This document shows, piece by piece, positions 11,593 to 24,268 of a stretch of 64,000 nt of DNA (its first letter is position 1; each line of letters starts with the position of its first letter). Made by a program: the position numbers and the translations under genes. This stretch comes from Macrostomum lignano (lineage: Eukaryota), in NCBI GenBank assembly GCA_002269645.1, contig NIVC01003464.1, forward strand, positions 1 to 64,000, in the 5' to 3' direction. The notes under the pieces were generated by a model, which searched no databases, had not been told where the DNA came from, and saw only the letters and a program-made list of their open reading frames with translations.

Positions 11593-13461
11593 TCCCAGCT
11601 CTCTAAACTTAGTAGGCATCTTATTTCCCGTAAGGCCTGTTTTCTATTTGCTAGCAGCCTGTTGTTTCTGTAACTAATCTACGAAAAAATGTTAAATATT
11701 TCTTGCAGTAAAGAACTATGCTCCGGTGGCTGACCTGTTATTGGGAACTTAATTAATGTAATTTTGCTTGCATTTTCGCTAAATAATGTAACATTGTTTT
11801 GCGTAATTTTATGCTTTTTAGGTTCAATAAAGTAAGTGTTGGTGATTAATCACGGTTGAAATATGTCATTTGAAACCTGACACACTTGAGCGTATGAAAA
11901 GTTTTTTATGCTTATGTTCTTCTAGCTCGTATTTCTTGTTTCAACATTAGGACATAGGGCTCAGAAGCACAGATATAAAAGGTGATGATATTAACTCCTG
12001 TATCACTCTTGTCCGTGTACTACATGTAAATAACTTCATTCCGACAGTAGTCGAAATTATAGTAGAGTAGTTATTTTCATTCTGCTCTGGCGTCCGCTTG
12101 GGAATTGCTTTGAGCTCAGTCTAGTTATAGCCAGCAACGAAAGCAATATCTGGTCATCTCTTTGTGCCAACAGATCGCGCGGAATCCATCAGCTTGCTGA
12201 TTGTGTGCCTGCCAGTGCAATCTTTGCATGGAAAATGGAAATATATATTGCTCAAGCCAGTTATTCAGTCAGTTTCGGGTGAAGCCGAAGCTTCCACACG
12301 ATGCAAAAAAATAGCGTGAACTCCTCCATCCATATCGCTAGCAGTTGTCTATTAGTGAGTTCCCTTCTGTCCCAAACTGCGTTGATTACTTTTCCCAGAC
12401 TGAATCGCGTTTTTTCGTTGGTTGGAATTCCTGCGTGGTCGTGCGCCTGTTTTTTCTCTAAGATATTCGTAAGATTGCCCGGCTATTGCATTCATTTCTG
12501 CTTTGGTCTTTGCGAAAACCAAGTCAATCCCGATGATATTCCGATGGTTCTGCCCGGTTTCCAGAAAGTTTATACCGCATTCCATCGGCTTTTATTGAGA
12601 AGTGTTAATATTATGAATAAATAAGAAACCATTGTTGCTTATGCCTTGACGAAGTCTGTCGCGCGATAGTCCTCGAATGTTGGCGTGGTTGGGATAAGTG
12701 CCGCTGCGGGGCGTGAAAATCCCACGCTACTTGCCGCCGCTAATACTCTCTTGTCAAGAGTGATTCTCGTTGCGTAGATCTCAGAGCTGTCGGCTGCAGC
12801 TTCTCTCTTTAGACCTTGCATCGTTGCTATCGCGGGATTCGATTCGTCAATTCCCAGTAAGACCTCACCTTCAAGGGCTCCTTTCTCACCGGTATGGCAA
12901 TCTAATTAATAATCTGGCTGCGGAAGAGGCTGTAAGTGGTTCCGCTAGCGCCTACGGATCTGGCTAGCCGGAGCACTGCAGCAGTGCTAGCGATTCTCTT
13001 CGATGCTTTAAGCGCCGCTGCAGAGGAAAAAGTAATACCTCTACACTTGCACTTGCTCGGAGATTAGAATTCGATTAATGGCCGCGCCAATAGCAGCAGC
13101 AGAGGACGTTTTTTCGCTTCAATCCGAATTTCAAATTCCAATATATCGAAGTTAATGGTTACAAGTTTTTTAAATCAATAAACGCTCGTATCAGAGCTGA
13201 TTCGCTACTAATGGAGTGAACAATAGTGAAATATATATTTATGAATTTGTGCAGAAGAAGGGCTCGTTTCTCTTCTTCAACTAGGACATTGATGTTTAAC
13301 TTGGTTTATTTCTGTTTTCAACCTGCACGCAATGGTATATATTTATCGAACGTTCATGTAAGCTGGTTTATGCAGCTTAACTAGTACACTGATTGAAGCA
13401 ATATCAGTCTGGGATTTTTTCATTCTGGTTGTCTTTGACATGGCCGTCTTTGTCTGTTGGC

Positions 13462-14201
13462 TCACCTGCCCCATGGCATGCTTCCGTAGGCTCGCTTTCC
13501 CCATGGCATGCTTCCGTAGGCTCGCTTTCCCATGGCATGCTTCCGTAGGCTCGCTTTCCCCATGGCATGCTTCCGTAGGCTCGCTTGCCCCATGGCATGC
13601 TTCCGTAGGCTCGCTTTCCCCATGGCATGCTTCCGTAGGCTCGCTTTCCCCATGGCATGCTTCCGTAGGCTCGCTTTCCCCATGGCATGCTTCCGTAGGC
13701 TCGCTTGCCCCATGGCATGCTTCCGTAGGCTCGCTTGCCCCATGGCATGCTTCCGTAGGCTCGCTTGCCCCATGGCATGCTTCCGTAGGCTCGCTTTCCC
13801 CATGGCATGCTTCCGTAGGCTCGCTTTCCCCATGGCATGCTTCCGTAGGCTCGCTTGCCCCATGGCATGCTTCCGTAGGCTCGCTTGCCCCATGGCATGC
13901 TTCCGTAGGCTCGCTTGCCCCATGGCATGCTTCCGTAGGCTCGCTTGCCCCATGGCATGCTTCCGTAGGCTCGCTTTCCCCATGGCATGCTTCCGTAGGC
14001 TCGCTTTCCCCATGGCATGCTTCCGTAGGCTCGCTTGCCCCATGGCATGCTTCCGTAGGCTCGCTTCTCAGCATCGAATTCTTGATCTTCCCCGCCTTCA
14101 GAAGCTGAGGCAGCCCCGGAAGCGCACGTGATGGCTAGAAATAGCAGCATAATGGCTAGGTGAGCTCGGCCCCACACTGCAGCTGTCGTCCATGGCTTCA
14201 T
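13462..14201 (-). CDS. Neuropeptide precursor: signal peptide + acidic spacer + 20 x AYGSMPW-G-(K)R; one 1-nt deletion near 13529
   Basis: MKPWTTAAVWGRAHLAIMLLFLAITCASGAASA (hydrophobic signal), SEGGEDQEFDAE-KR, then 30-bp units encoding AYGSMPWGKR. Unit variation is at the synonymous Gly codon (GGA/GGC). The repaired frame ends WGR-stop (246 aa). Confidence 0.9.
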
Positions 14202-15171
14202 CCTAAGAAAATAGAGGAGTGAAATATTAAAAGCAATGATGAATTGACACCGCGTGCGTTTATCTTCGACAGGCCTGTGTAGTCAGTTAATCAGAGATGG
14301 ACCACCATCAATCAGCTGGCATACGTTTGCATAGACAAGGCGTTTCACTATATGCGCCGGCGATTAATTTAAATAGTGACAGCGCGATAAATTTTGCGGA
14401 TATTAAAATTTCCTTGCTAGGTGGTAGGTTCCTATGGTTCCTGAGTCGTAACGTACAAATTTTAGTTCGATTTCCGAAGTTTCCCGTGTGTTATCTAAAC
14501 GAATGTGGCCTGTGCTTTATTGATCTTCCTAATCTTTACTGTCTCACAGTCAAGGATGCTGCGATTGATCCTAAGAATAGCATCATTTGTCGGTGTGTTC
14601 GATCGTCTACAAAGCACCTTTTTAGCAGGTGTACCGTCTCTGGTTTGAGCATAGCCAGTTCTTGATTAGGTTCTCAAAAAGTTCTTGAATTTACTCATGC
14701 CAAGCTTCACTCACTTGATTCTCGCACTTACTTTGGACAGCTTGACTCCAAGAGGGTACTCGTTCTCTCTCCTTCGGTGCCTGCCTGCGTGAAGATTTTT
14801 CAGTTCACTGAAACTTTCAGGACCGGCCTGTCTTCCGATCGCTTTCTTACTTGCTGCGAGAAGCGAAACTGCGAAGCTCTCCCTACTGGAATTTTATTGA
14901 CTGAGCCGCGATCCCTTGCGCTCATCCCGACATCTCCATCGCAGGTGGCGCCCGCCACCCCATCTCGCCCCCACAGTTCCGATAAGCGCGTCTTCTCTGC
15001 CTGCCGTAGTTGATTGGGCGAATTGGGAGCGAATCAGTGCGCGGAATGCCAAAGCACTGTGTTTTGGGTCGCCTTAGTGGTAATTGGGAGAAAACTAAAT
15101 TAAACAAAATTATTGGTCCCGGATCTGCTATACACTCCCGAAAACTGTAAACGAAGCAAGGGCTTGTAGCA

Positions 15172-15845
15172 TGTCTAGATCGAGTGAGAGTAGCTTGTGT
15201 CGAGTAGGAGTAGCTTGTCTAGAGTAGGAGTAGCTTGTCTAGAGTAGGAGTAGCTTGTCTAGAGTAGGAGTAGCTTGTCTAGAGTTGGAGTAGCATGTCT
15301 AGAGTAGGAGTAGCTTGTCTAGAGTAAAAGTAGCTTGTCTGGAGTAGGAGTAGCTTGTCTAGAGTAGGATTAGCATGTCTAGAATAGTATTAGCTTGTCT
15401 GGAGTAGGAGTAGCTTGTCTAGAGTAGGAGTAGCATGTCTAGAGTAGGAGTAGCTTGTCTAGAGTAGGAGTAGCTTGTCTAGAGTAAAAGTAGCTTGTCT
15501 AGAGTAGGATTAGCATGTCTAGAGTAGGATTAGCATGTCTAGAATAGTATTAGCTTGTCTGGAGTAGGAGTAGCTTGTCTAGAGTAGGAGTAGCATGTCT
15601 AGAGTAAAAGTAGCTTGTCTAGAGTAGGATTAGCATGTTTAGAATAGTATTAGCTTGTCTAGAGTAGGAGTAGCATGTCTAGAGTAGGAGTAGCTTGTCT
15701 AGAGTAGGAGTAGCTTGTCTGGAGTTGGAGTAGCTTGTCTAGAGTAGGATTAGCATGTCTAGAATAGTATTAGCTTGTCTTGAGTAGGAGTAGCTTGTCT
15801 AGAGTTGGAGTAGCTTGTCTAGAGTAAAAGTAGCTTGTTTAGAGC
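15172..15845. repeat. Minisatellite, 20 bp unit AGAGTAGGAGTAGCTTGTCT (~33 copies)
   Basis: Tandem periodicity read directly. Confidence 0.95.
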
Positions 15846-16726
15846 TGAAAAGAACTCGAAAGTCGAGCAGAAGAACAAAATAAGGTCAGCAAAGTATAAA
15901 TATCATCCATCACTTGAATCAATCACAGCATTGAATTTTCAAATTTTCACATAAACCTTAGAGCAACTGACATGGTGACCGCCTGATCCGAAGATTTGTA
16001 TACGAGCGTAAATCTGGATTCCAGGGCTAATTGAGTCTCAGATTGATCACTTATCAGAGAATTATTTCGTTGTCAAATTAGATACGAGAATTGGTTTCTA
16101 CGCTTGTACCGGCAAATTATGATTGTTTTTTAACTATAGGGCTTCTCCGGCACGCAGGCTGGATTTAAATCCACGTTGTTTCAGAAAAGAGATTTGGGAG
16201 CACGGGATCTGAAAGATTGCGAGAAAGGTAAATGAGAGGGAAGCCGTGAAAGAGCAGCAAATCTAGTTGATGAGTTTGAAGCCTTTAGAACTATATTTAG
16301 AAGCTTTTGTACAAAGAACCAATTAATTATGTCGTCTTCGGCTTATGACTGAGCAACGGTGAAGCCGCTTAACGCTATCACAAACTTAACTGAGCAATGT
16401 GTGCATGTAGATTTGTAGGTCGAGACTCAAGCCACTATCATGACAGTCAGTGATTTGTTTACCTGAACGTTGTAAAGAGTGGCACTCTTCTTTATTAATG
16501 CCTGTCAGCTGCAACAAATAGCTCGTACTTGCGCTGGGGCACTGGGGGTAGCTCAGCGGTAGACGCATGTAATTCTCGTGCCAAATTACATTGGTTTGAT
16601 TCCATGCGTGACTGCATATTAATTTGGGGCTTGTGCATGAAAATTTGCCGGGAGTTGGTGGGAATTCTGGCTCATGAAGGCCAATCTCCAAGACACCGTG
16701 CGTATATTCCTGAAAATGAGTAAGTC

Positions 16727-16830
16727 AGGGCCGCTGTGTACCTTGTACACCCTGCGTGAACATGTGCCCCGTACATATCTGTGTTTGTGCGCTCAGATGT
16801 CAGGGCAATGGGCATGGCTGCTTGCCTCCT
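16727..16830 (+). mobile_element. Degenerate family X copy
   Basis: GGGCCGCTGTGTACC...GTACACCCTGCGTGAACATGTG...GTGCGCTCAG resembles the copies at 8255 and 29130. Confidence 0.45.
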
Positions 16831-18346
16831 TGCGGGCTGCAAGTTGACTGTCGCCTGAGATTTGAGGCAATTACCCGAAGTCCCTGCAAACTAAGTAACG
16901 CTAATGATAGTATAAAAGGCTAATATAAGATTATATGCCGGGATTTATCGGTAGAATTGGGTATCCGTGGCGCTGGCATGTCATAAGGCAGTCGACGAAA
17001 CGCCGAGTATTACGGGGTCAGTACCGGCTGTGAAAAGTAGCCTGCTAGCTGGAGTCGCAACAGGTGGTCTAAGACAGGCCAATAGGTTCGCCGGAGTCCT
17101 TGTCTCGGGAATTGATGCAACAGCACGGTCTCGACTACGACCGTCTCGTACCGTCCGAAACAACGACGCTCTCTGGTGGTTAGATAGATAAATAGATCTG
17201 TTGTGATGTTAAACATGAATCAATGTAGACCCGCTCTCTCTGAGATTCTTCCTTCACTCACTCAATTCACGCGCTCTGGTTACACCAAACGGGAACGGCT
17301 TCTTTTGTAAAACCAAGAAAATAAAATGTAACAAAACTTTAGCAGAAAGTTTTAGGAGAAAAATCAACAGTTCACGATTATGACACAGAAAACCTAATGA
17401 AAGGTACGATTGTGACAATTTGGTTTGCAATGCGAATGCAGTGAAATATCCAAAGCAGAAAAGTGGAGGATAAAAGCCCGGAGAGGAAAACTTCATGCAG
17501 ATAAGAGTATACAAAGAATTGTCTCTGTCGCTGATCGATGTGGAAGGTGAAAAACTGCAACTGACGAGAGCTACCCTGCTGCTCAGTCGGCGCGGTGGGT
17601 GGTGAAGTGGTTGAGGAGTGGAAGACAAGGCGTATGCATAGCTCGTTTACATCGCAAAAGTTGCTTGTTGGTGGCACACGCCAAATTTCGGCCTTGGAGA
17701 GCATGTTCGCGGTGCGTGCCCTGGCCTAGCCCTGGCGGTGGCTTGAGACGACAGAAAATAGCAACTATAGGTCTGATCGCTTCAAGACCGACCAGCTGGT
17801 ATTATTGGACTATATTAACGCCGCGCATTGAGGTGCAAACACAGCCTAGTCACTATATACGTGACGGTGTATTGAGAGCTGATTAACCTGTCAATCAAGA
17901 TTTATTGGCGAGTTGAGCAGGGCTCGCCAGTCTCGTCATGCGTATCGCTTCTCAGCCTTAACCTCCCCGTCATTCTGCTCTGCGCTGACTCCTTGCCTCA
18001 CCATTCACAATTTCTGGCTAACTCACCTTTTCCCAGCCCGACAACTGTTGTAGGTCAGCCTAATGTGATATTCATAAAAGGCTGCCGAGAGTGCTGAATG
18101 TTTGGGTACTCCAGTCTTTCAGCCGAATACGATTTTCTATAGCCAATCTTTACTTGTCATTTCTTTTCTGTCTCGTTGATAATAACTCAGGTGTTGGCAG
18201 CTCAAGAAACGCTGAGTCCTCAAAGCAGGATAGAAGGATATATGGTTAAAGAAGGGTGCAGGTTAAGAATGCAGACAAGGATATTAAGGATACGGCTGCA
18301 CAGGTAGGAAACACAATAGACGCTTGAGTCTACTCTCGGATCTGTA

Positions 18347-19758
18347 TTTGCACAGCAGCCAAGTGAAAAAAATTGATCCTTGCCAACACTCCCAACCCTG
18401 CAGTCTGCGCGTGGCGTTACCTTTTCGGTTTCTTTTCAACAACTCATTTGCATAAAGTGCACGCCGAATGTCGTGGTGAAGTTCTTGAACGTTCGGAGAG
18501 ATGGCGCTTAGTTGTTTTTTTCCGAATTCGGCTATTTAACAAGGTTAGCAGTCTACAATGTAAGGAAAGGATCTGCGAAGCTAATCAAGCCTTACTTCAT
18601 CGAGCTAATAATAGCGCACACTAAAAGATGATGCTCCGAGGAAGATACAAGCCACTCTCCGATCGTCTCGTAATAAGTAGGAGGAAAGATAGGTTTGGGG
18701 CAAATTTTTGTTGATTCATACGAACGTATGAGATTATAGTAACTAAAAAATGAACAAACAAGAAGACGAATAGGGACATTGGGAGTTCCGTCAACTGGGT
18801 CACTCGATCTTTCCAGCTGGTCCGTCTCTCAGAGTCAAATGCAGACTGCTTCTGCTGCTGCTGCTGAAATGTCACGCGCGCCGAACTTCTGCATTAGTCA
18901 GTCAAAGCGCTGAGTCTGTCTTCAAAATAGACGACAAACTGAAGACAAGGAGACGGACTTGATCGATGCCGTTCGCCAAAGTCTGCACGGAAATCATCCG
19001 CAGTGGCAGCCCACAGCGCACGCAACCGAGCTCAGGGCCATGCAAACCTAGCATTATCGAAAAGCTGCTACCCAATCCGATATCTGTTCACGAATGCTTT
19101 GCAATGTCGTATTAACTTTTTTAAAGCTGTTTTCGCGCTACTGCAGACATCTCGCGTTATAATTAATTCGATCTTTGATTTATTAGGCAAAAAAATTATA
19201 CCCTCCTGACTGACTAACATCAATAATGTTGCCGGCGGAATTCGACGTGAATCAGAGGAACCAGAGTTTTTTATTGACGATCTCGCAACAGTCTAGGAAC
19301 CACTTCATGGTTTTCAGCCAGCCAGTTGCAGCAACGATATGCCTCCTCATTGTTCTAGTTTTTTTACGAGCTACCTTATCTGAAGTGGCTTCACTGGATA
19401 TTTTAAATAACCAATGCAACGATTTTTCTCATTTGTTTGTCTTATAAAGGAAGTCTAATTTGGTTTCATTTTAGTACGAGCGGGTTTCCAGCATAGATAA
19501 CATTTAGCATGCTACGAGCTTCCTTACATTGTAGACTGCTAACCTTGTTAAATAGCCGAATTCGAAAAAAAACAAATAAGCGCCATCTCTCCGAACGTTC
19601 AAGAACTTCACCACGACATTCGGCGTGCACTTTATCAGTAAAGCATGCATGCAAATGAGGTGCTGAAAAGGAACCGAAAAGGTAACGCCACGCGCAGACT
19701 GCAAGGGTGTTGGGAGTGTTGGCAAGGATCAAATTTTTTCACTTGGCTGCTGTGCAAA
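18347..19758. mobile_element. Non-autonomous DNA element with ~220-240 bp terminal inverted repeats
   Basis: 18347-18567 and 19520-19758 are near-identical inverted copies (TTTGCACAGCAGCCAAGTG...CTACAATGTAAGGAA). GTA on both flanks (18344-46, 19759-61). No transposase inside. Confidence 0.75.
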
Positions 19759-21371
19759 GTATTCTCAAGAGACAAGAAATACACTTTCCTTCTACTTCAA
19801 TACGAGAGTATACTGCATAGTTCATATATATTTATTATCCCTGCTGGATTGCAATCCTCCGAGGCTGTCATTGTCACCGCTAAAAGCAGCTTGAGGCTTT
19901 AAAAATAGTTATACGAGCTATAGTCAAAAGTCAGCCAGTCTGCTTGGGCTTAAAGTTTGAGAACGTGAAGGGACTGACCTAATCTCTATTGAGGGGATCA
20001 GCCATTATGCTAATGCCCTACTTCTTATCAATCAGGATTTACTGCCATTCAAAGAGAGAGTAGTCAAAGCCGAAATCTCTTTTCCTATTCGCGCATCGAA
20101 AAATTGGATTCCGCAGCTGTCACAGGTGACAAAATGCGTGGGTCGCAGCGATAATCTCTCGAATGGTAACTTCAGGACTAACTGCTCACTTTTAAGGTTA
20201 GCCATCTTCGACTTAGAATGCCGCTATTGACTCTAGAGTGCATCACTTTAAAGATGATTTTCTATTGTTCAATTCTCTGAAGCACCTTCACAGCGTCGAC
20301 GCAGCAGGCGTCTTGTTTGACAATAAATTGACGTCTTCATTTCAAATCCAATACGATGACCGACAGAGCTTGTATCTCGATCGAACAGTTTGCTATCAAA
20401 CGAGGCCAATTTTTAACTAGCCACGACACTGGCTTGTACTTCGTCGATTCGTACATCAGCGCCTGGGATCTAATGTTGAATTTGAATGCTACACTCTAAC
20501 CAGTCTTGCTCTGATTACCACCGGTCAACTACTAGCTTGTACATTTATATCGATTACTCCAGAAAGGATCCCAATTTCATTTGAGACTCAAACGTGCTCT
20601 AGTCTGTCTTTTGACTTTGTTGATTGATGAAATCCGACCGAGGTTTTTCGACTATCGTCTGTGCCCTGAACTCAAATCATTATAGCGACTGGGTCAATCA
20701 TTAGTGAGTTGATCATAAAGCGACCGTGGACGCTGAACAAAGGACAAAGAAGGACGCCAGCAGCAACATCTTTCAGAAAAATCATGGTCAAGCATCGATT
20801 TCCATGTAGTTAAGATCAGAATTATCAAATTGCTTGCCTCCTCCCATCTGTCTGTTGTCAACTGGGAATTCTCAACTTGGTTGGCTTAGCAAAGATTTAT
20901 ATCTCAAATGAAACAGGGCCTAAATATCTGTGCTGAAGTGCAGAAAACGACCCTTCCGGCCTCTCAGACCTTTTATCATCAGATTGTTCCTGCTTATCTG
21001 ATTAGTGACTTGAAATTGGTTCCTAATGTCGCATCATTCTTCTTGTTAATTTAATCGCTGTTTACTATCCTTCTGTCTACTATCCATTATTGATTTTGAT
21101 ATTCCAGAACTTTCAGCCTTATTTTGAAAATATATATGCTTGCACTTCCGCGCAGTTTGTATTGGAGCCAGCCAGCTGTTACCACGACTTAAATTATGCT
21201 GCGCCTGTTCACTTGGCTCATTAATTATTAATTATTTCATTTTAGCCAGCAATATACGCTCGTAGATGAAACTTTTCTACACAGCTTGATCCGGGTTTAA
21301 GCAGGAGTAAAAAAGAACGCAACAGTGCCAAATTGACCTATTTAGTGGGAATATTATTGTTGAAGTGATGC

Positions 21372-22663
21372 ACTCACTGACTTGGTGAATGATTCACTCA
21401 CTGACTTGGTGAATGATTCACTCACTGACTTGGTGAATGATTCACTCACTGACTTGGTGAATGATTCACTCACTGACTTGGTGAATGATTCACTCACTGA
21501 CTTGGTGAATGATTCACTCACTGACTTGGTGAATGATTCACTCACTGACTTGGTGAATGATTCACTCACTGACTTGGTGAATGATTCACTCACTGACTTG
21601 GTGAATGATTCACTCACTGACTTGGTGAATGATTCACTCACTGACTTGGTGAATGATTCACTCACTGACTTGGTGAATGATTCACTCACTGACTTGGTGA
21701 ATGATTCACTCACTGACTTGGTGAATGATTCACTCACTGACTTGGTGAATGATTCACTCACTGACTTGGTGAATGATTCACTCACTGACTTGGTGAATGA
21801 TTCACTCACTGATTTGGTGAATGATTCACTCACTGATTTGGTGAATGATTCACTCACTGACTTGGTGAATGATTCACTCACTGACTTGGTGAATGATTCA
21901 CTCACTGACTTGGTGAATGATTCACTCACTGACTTGGTGAATGATTCACTCACTGACTTGGTGAATGATTCACTCACTGACTTGGTGAATGATTCACTCA
22001 CTGACTTGGTGAATGATTCACTCACTGACTTGGTGAATGATTCACTCACTGACTTGGTGAATGATTCACTCACTGATTTGGTGAATGATTCACTCACTGA
22101 TTTGGTGAATGATTCACTCACTGACTTGGTGAATGATTCACTCACTGACTTGGTGAATGATTCACTCACTGACTTGGTGAATGATTCACTCACTGACTTG
22201 GTGAATGATTCACTCACTGACTTGGTGAATGATTCACTCACTGACTTGGTGAATGATTCACTCACTGACTTGGTGAATGATTCACTCACTGACTTGGTGA
22301 ATGATTCACTCACTGACTTGGTGAATGATTCACTCACTGACTTGGTGAATGATTCACTCACTGACTTGGTGAATGATTCACTCACTGACTTGGTGAATGA
22401 TTCACTCACTGACTTGGTGAATGATTCACTCACTGACTTGGTGAATGATTCACTCACTGATTTGGTGAATGATTCACTCACTGACTTGGTGAATGATTCA
22501 CTCACTGACTTGGTGAATGATTCACTCACTGATTTGGTGAATGATTCACTCACTGATTTGGTGAATGATTCACTCACTGATTTGGTGAATGATTCACTCA
22601 CTGATTTGGTGAATGATTCACTCACTGACTTGGTGAATGATTCACTCACTGATTTGGTGAATG
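21372..22663. repeat. Highly homogeneous 24 bp minisatellite GACTTGGTGAATGATTCACTCACT (~54 copies)
   Basis: A single variable site (GAC/GAT); internal palindrome GTGAAT-G-ATTCAC. Confidence 0.97.
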
Positions 22664-24000
22664 GTTCTCCATTTGTTCCGTTATCATTTCCTTCACACTG
22701 GAAGATGACGTCATTCAGAAAGCTGTCCTCGAAGTGCCGCTGCTGTTTTGAACTTTTGCTTCTTCTTCCAAAAAGGGGCAAAGCCCAATTTCCTTTCGCT
22801 TAGCCTCTTGTATTCAAGTCGCTACAGCGCTCTCAGTGTGGTGCGAAATTTAATACACAAGACTGCGAACAGAACATAGTCTCATTATTCTGGCCCAGTA
22901 AAACAAATGACTGATAGCAACATAGCCAAGGGGAGATTCTGGGTAGATTAGTCCCTGATCGAGATGGATTGTATCGGCTAAGGTCTGCAGGTATTGGATG
23001 GGAGAAATTGACTTGTCTGAAATCTGGCCCTGCTGGAAATCCGATTACCAGACAGCCTGTTGGCTCTGGTTCGTGGCTGAGTTAGTCAGGAAAGGGTAGG
23101 GATCTGGGATCGGGATCTGGATCGTAAAACATTGAGTCTGCAAATGAAACTTCAATTTTTATAGTGAATCTACATATTTATTGAATAATAAAGGTTTACT
23201 TGGAACAATTATTTATTGCTTTATAAAAGGTGACTCCAGCTGACCAAAAGACATTATTGCCATATTTGCAAGCCAAAAAAGGTAAAAAAACAGTCTGTTT
23301 AAAAAAGCTGTATCCTAAAATCAGATTCTACACATAGAGCTACTGTATAAGCGGAAAATAAAACGAAAAAAATAAAACGAAAAATAAATACCAAAAGGAA
23401 TATTGGGCAGTTAGTTTTGTTCGCTTAAACTTGAATAGCGCCTGTTTGCGTCTAGCAAAAATAAATATTAATGATCGAAAACTGCTACTGTAAAGTAGAT
23501 AGTCAAGTAGCAATATAAGCGCATTTGTTCAGACTGATTTGGAATGTGATGATTAAGGAATGCACAGTTCTGAGTCAGGACTAGCCAATTTAGAGTTCGA
23601 CTTTCGTATCGTTTAAAAAACTGCTTAAAAAAGAAAATGAAAATTGGTGCAAAATAAGTATCTATAAAATGTAATAGCGTGGCAAGGTTTCAGCTGTATA
23701 CTACACAATTCAACTGCGTTTTTGGGCATAAGTGAACATTTTATTTAGTTGGAGTTGTTGCCTTTCTGGATTTGACCATAGACGATTAAGAAGAGTTACC
23801 ATTTCAGTATATAGGATCGTACCATAGACATTCTGCATAAGCTACACTTTATGAGCGAAGGACGGAGTCACTACCATAGACTATTCTTTGTTTTCTTAAA
23901 ATAAATTTCAAAAATGACTGGGCAGTTAATGGTTTTAATAGAGTTTTTGCCATAGACAGTTCGTTGTTTTAACTAATTTTAAACTGATGTTATCGAAAAA

Positions 24001-24268
24001 GGGGTTGCAGCCTAGTGGTTAGCTAGAGCGTCGGATTCACGACTGAAAGGTCGGGGGTTCGATTTTTCTCGACCCACTCCGGAACAATTTGTGTCCTTGA
24101 GCAAGACACTTAACTCTGCATTGCTTCAGTTCACCCAGCTGTAAAGCTGTAGCTGGAGTAGTTAAGGCTGTGTGTGGCGACCCCCAGTCCTTGGACTGAA
24201 CAGCCGTACGCAGCCTTCAGATGCGCAGCGCAATTGCTGCGGCTGAGCTGTCGGTTGTACATCTGGCC
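24001..24268 (+). mobile_element. tRNA-derived SINE (copy 2) with CORE/Meta-type central domain
   Basis: tRNA-like head GGGGTTGCAGCCTAGTGG...GGATTCACGAC...GGTTCGATT; central TGTGTCCTTGAGCAAGACACTTAACTCT...CACCCAGCTGTAAA; 3' part shared with 7321-7538. Confidence 0.85.

Noticed and set aside
12640-13030. Second coding exon of the neuropeptide gene via AG|GTGAG at 13466 and the acceptor at ~13017
   Set aside because: W-G-R-stop is already a canonical amidated end; the spliced frame would stop after 3 codons, and the 60-aa ORF there has no recognisable features.
16140-16210. SPARRLDLNP...IWEH, resembling the Tc1/IS630 SPDLNP motif
   Set aside because: No upstream DD motifs or TIRs found; the similarity is too short.
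14230-21300. Assorted 60-125 aa ORFs in unique sequence (14297, 16386, 17254, 17599, 19003, 20238)
   Set aside because: No recognisable domains, consistent splice structure or coding-like composition; possibly old TE debris, but unassignable.
24001-24075. tRNA-Val gene (also 7470-7538)
   Set aside because: Acceptor stem is not formed and the sequence continues into a shared SINE body; it is a SINE head, not a tRNA.
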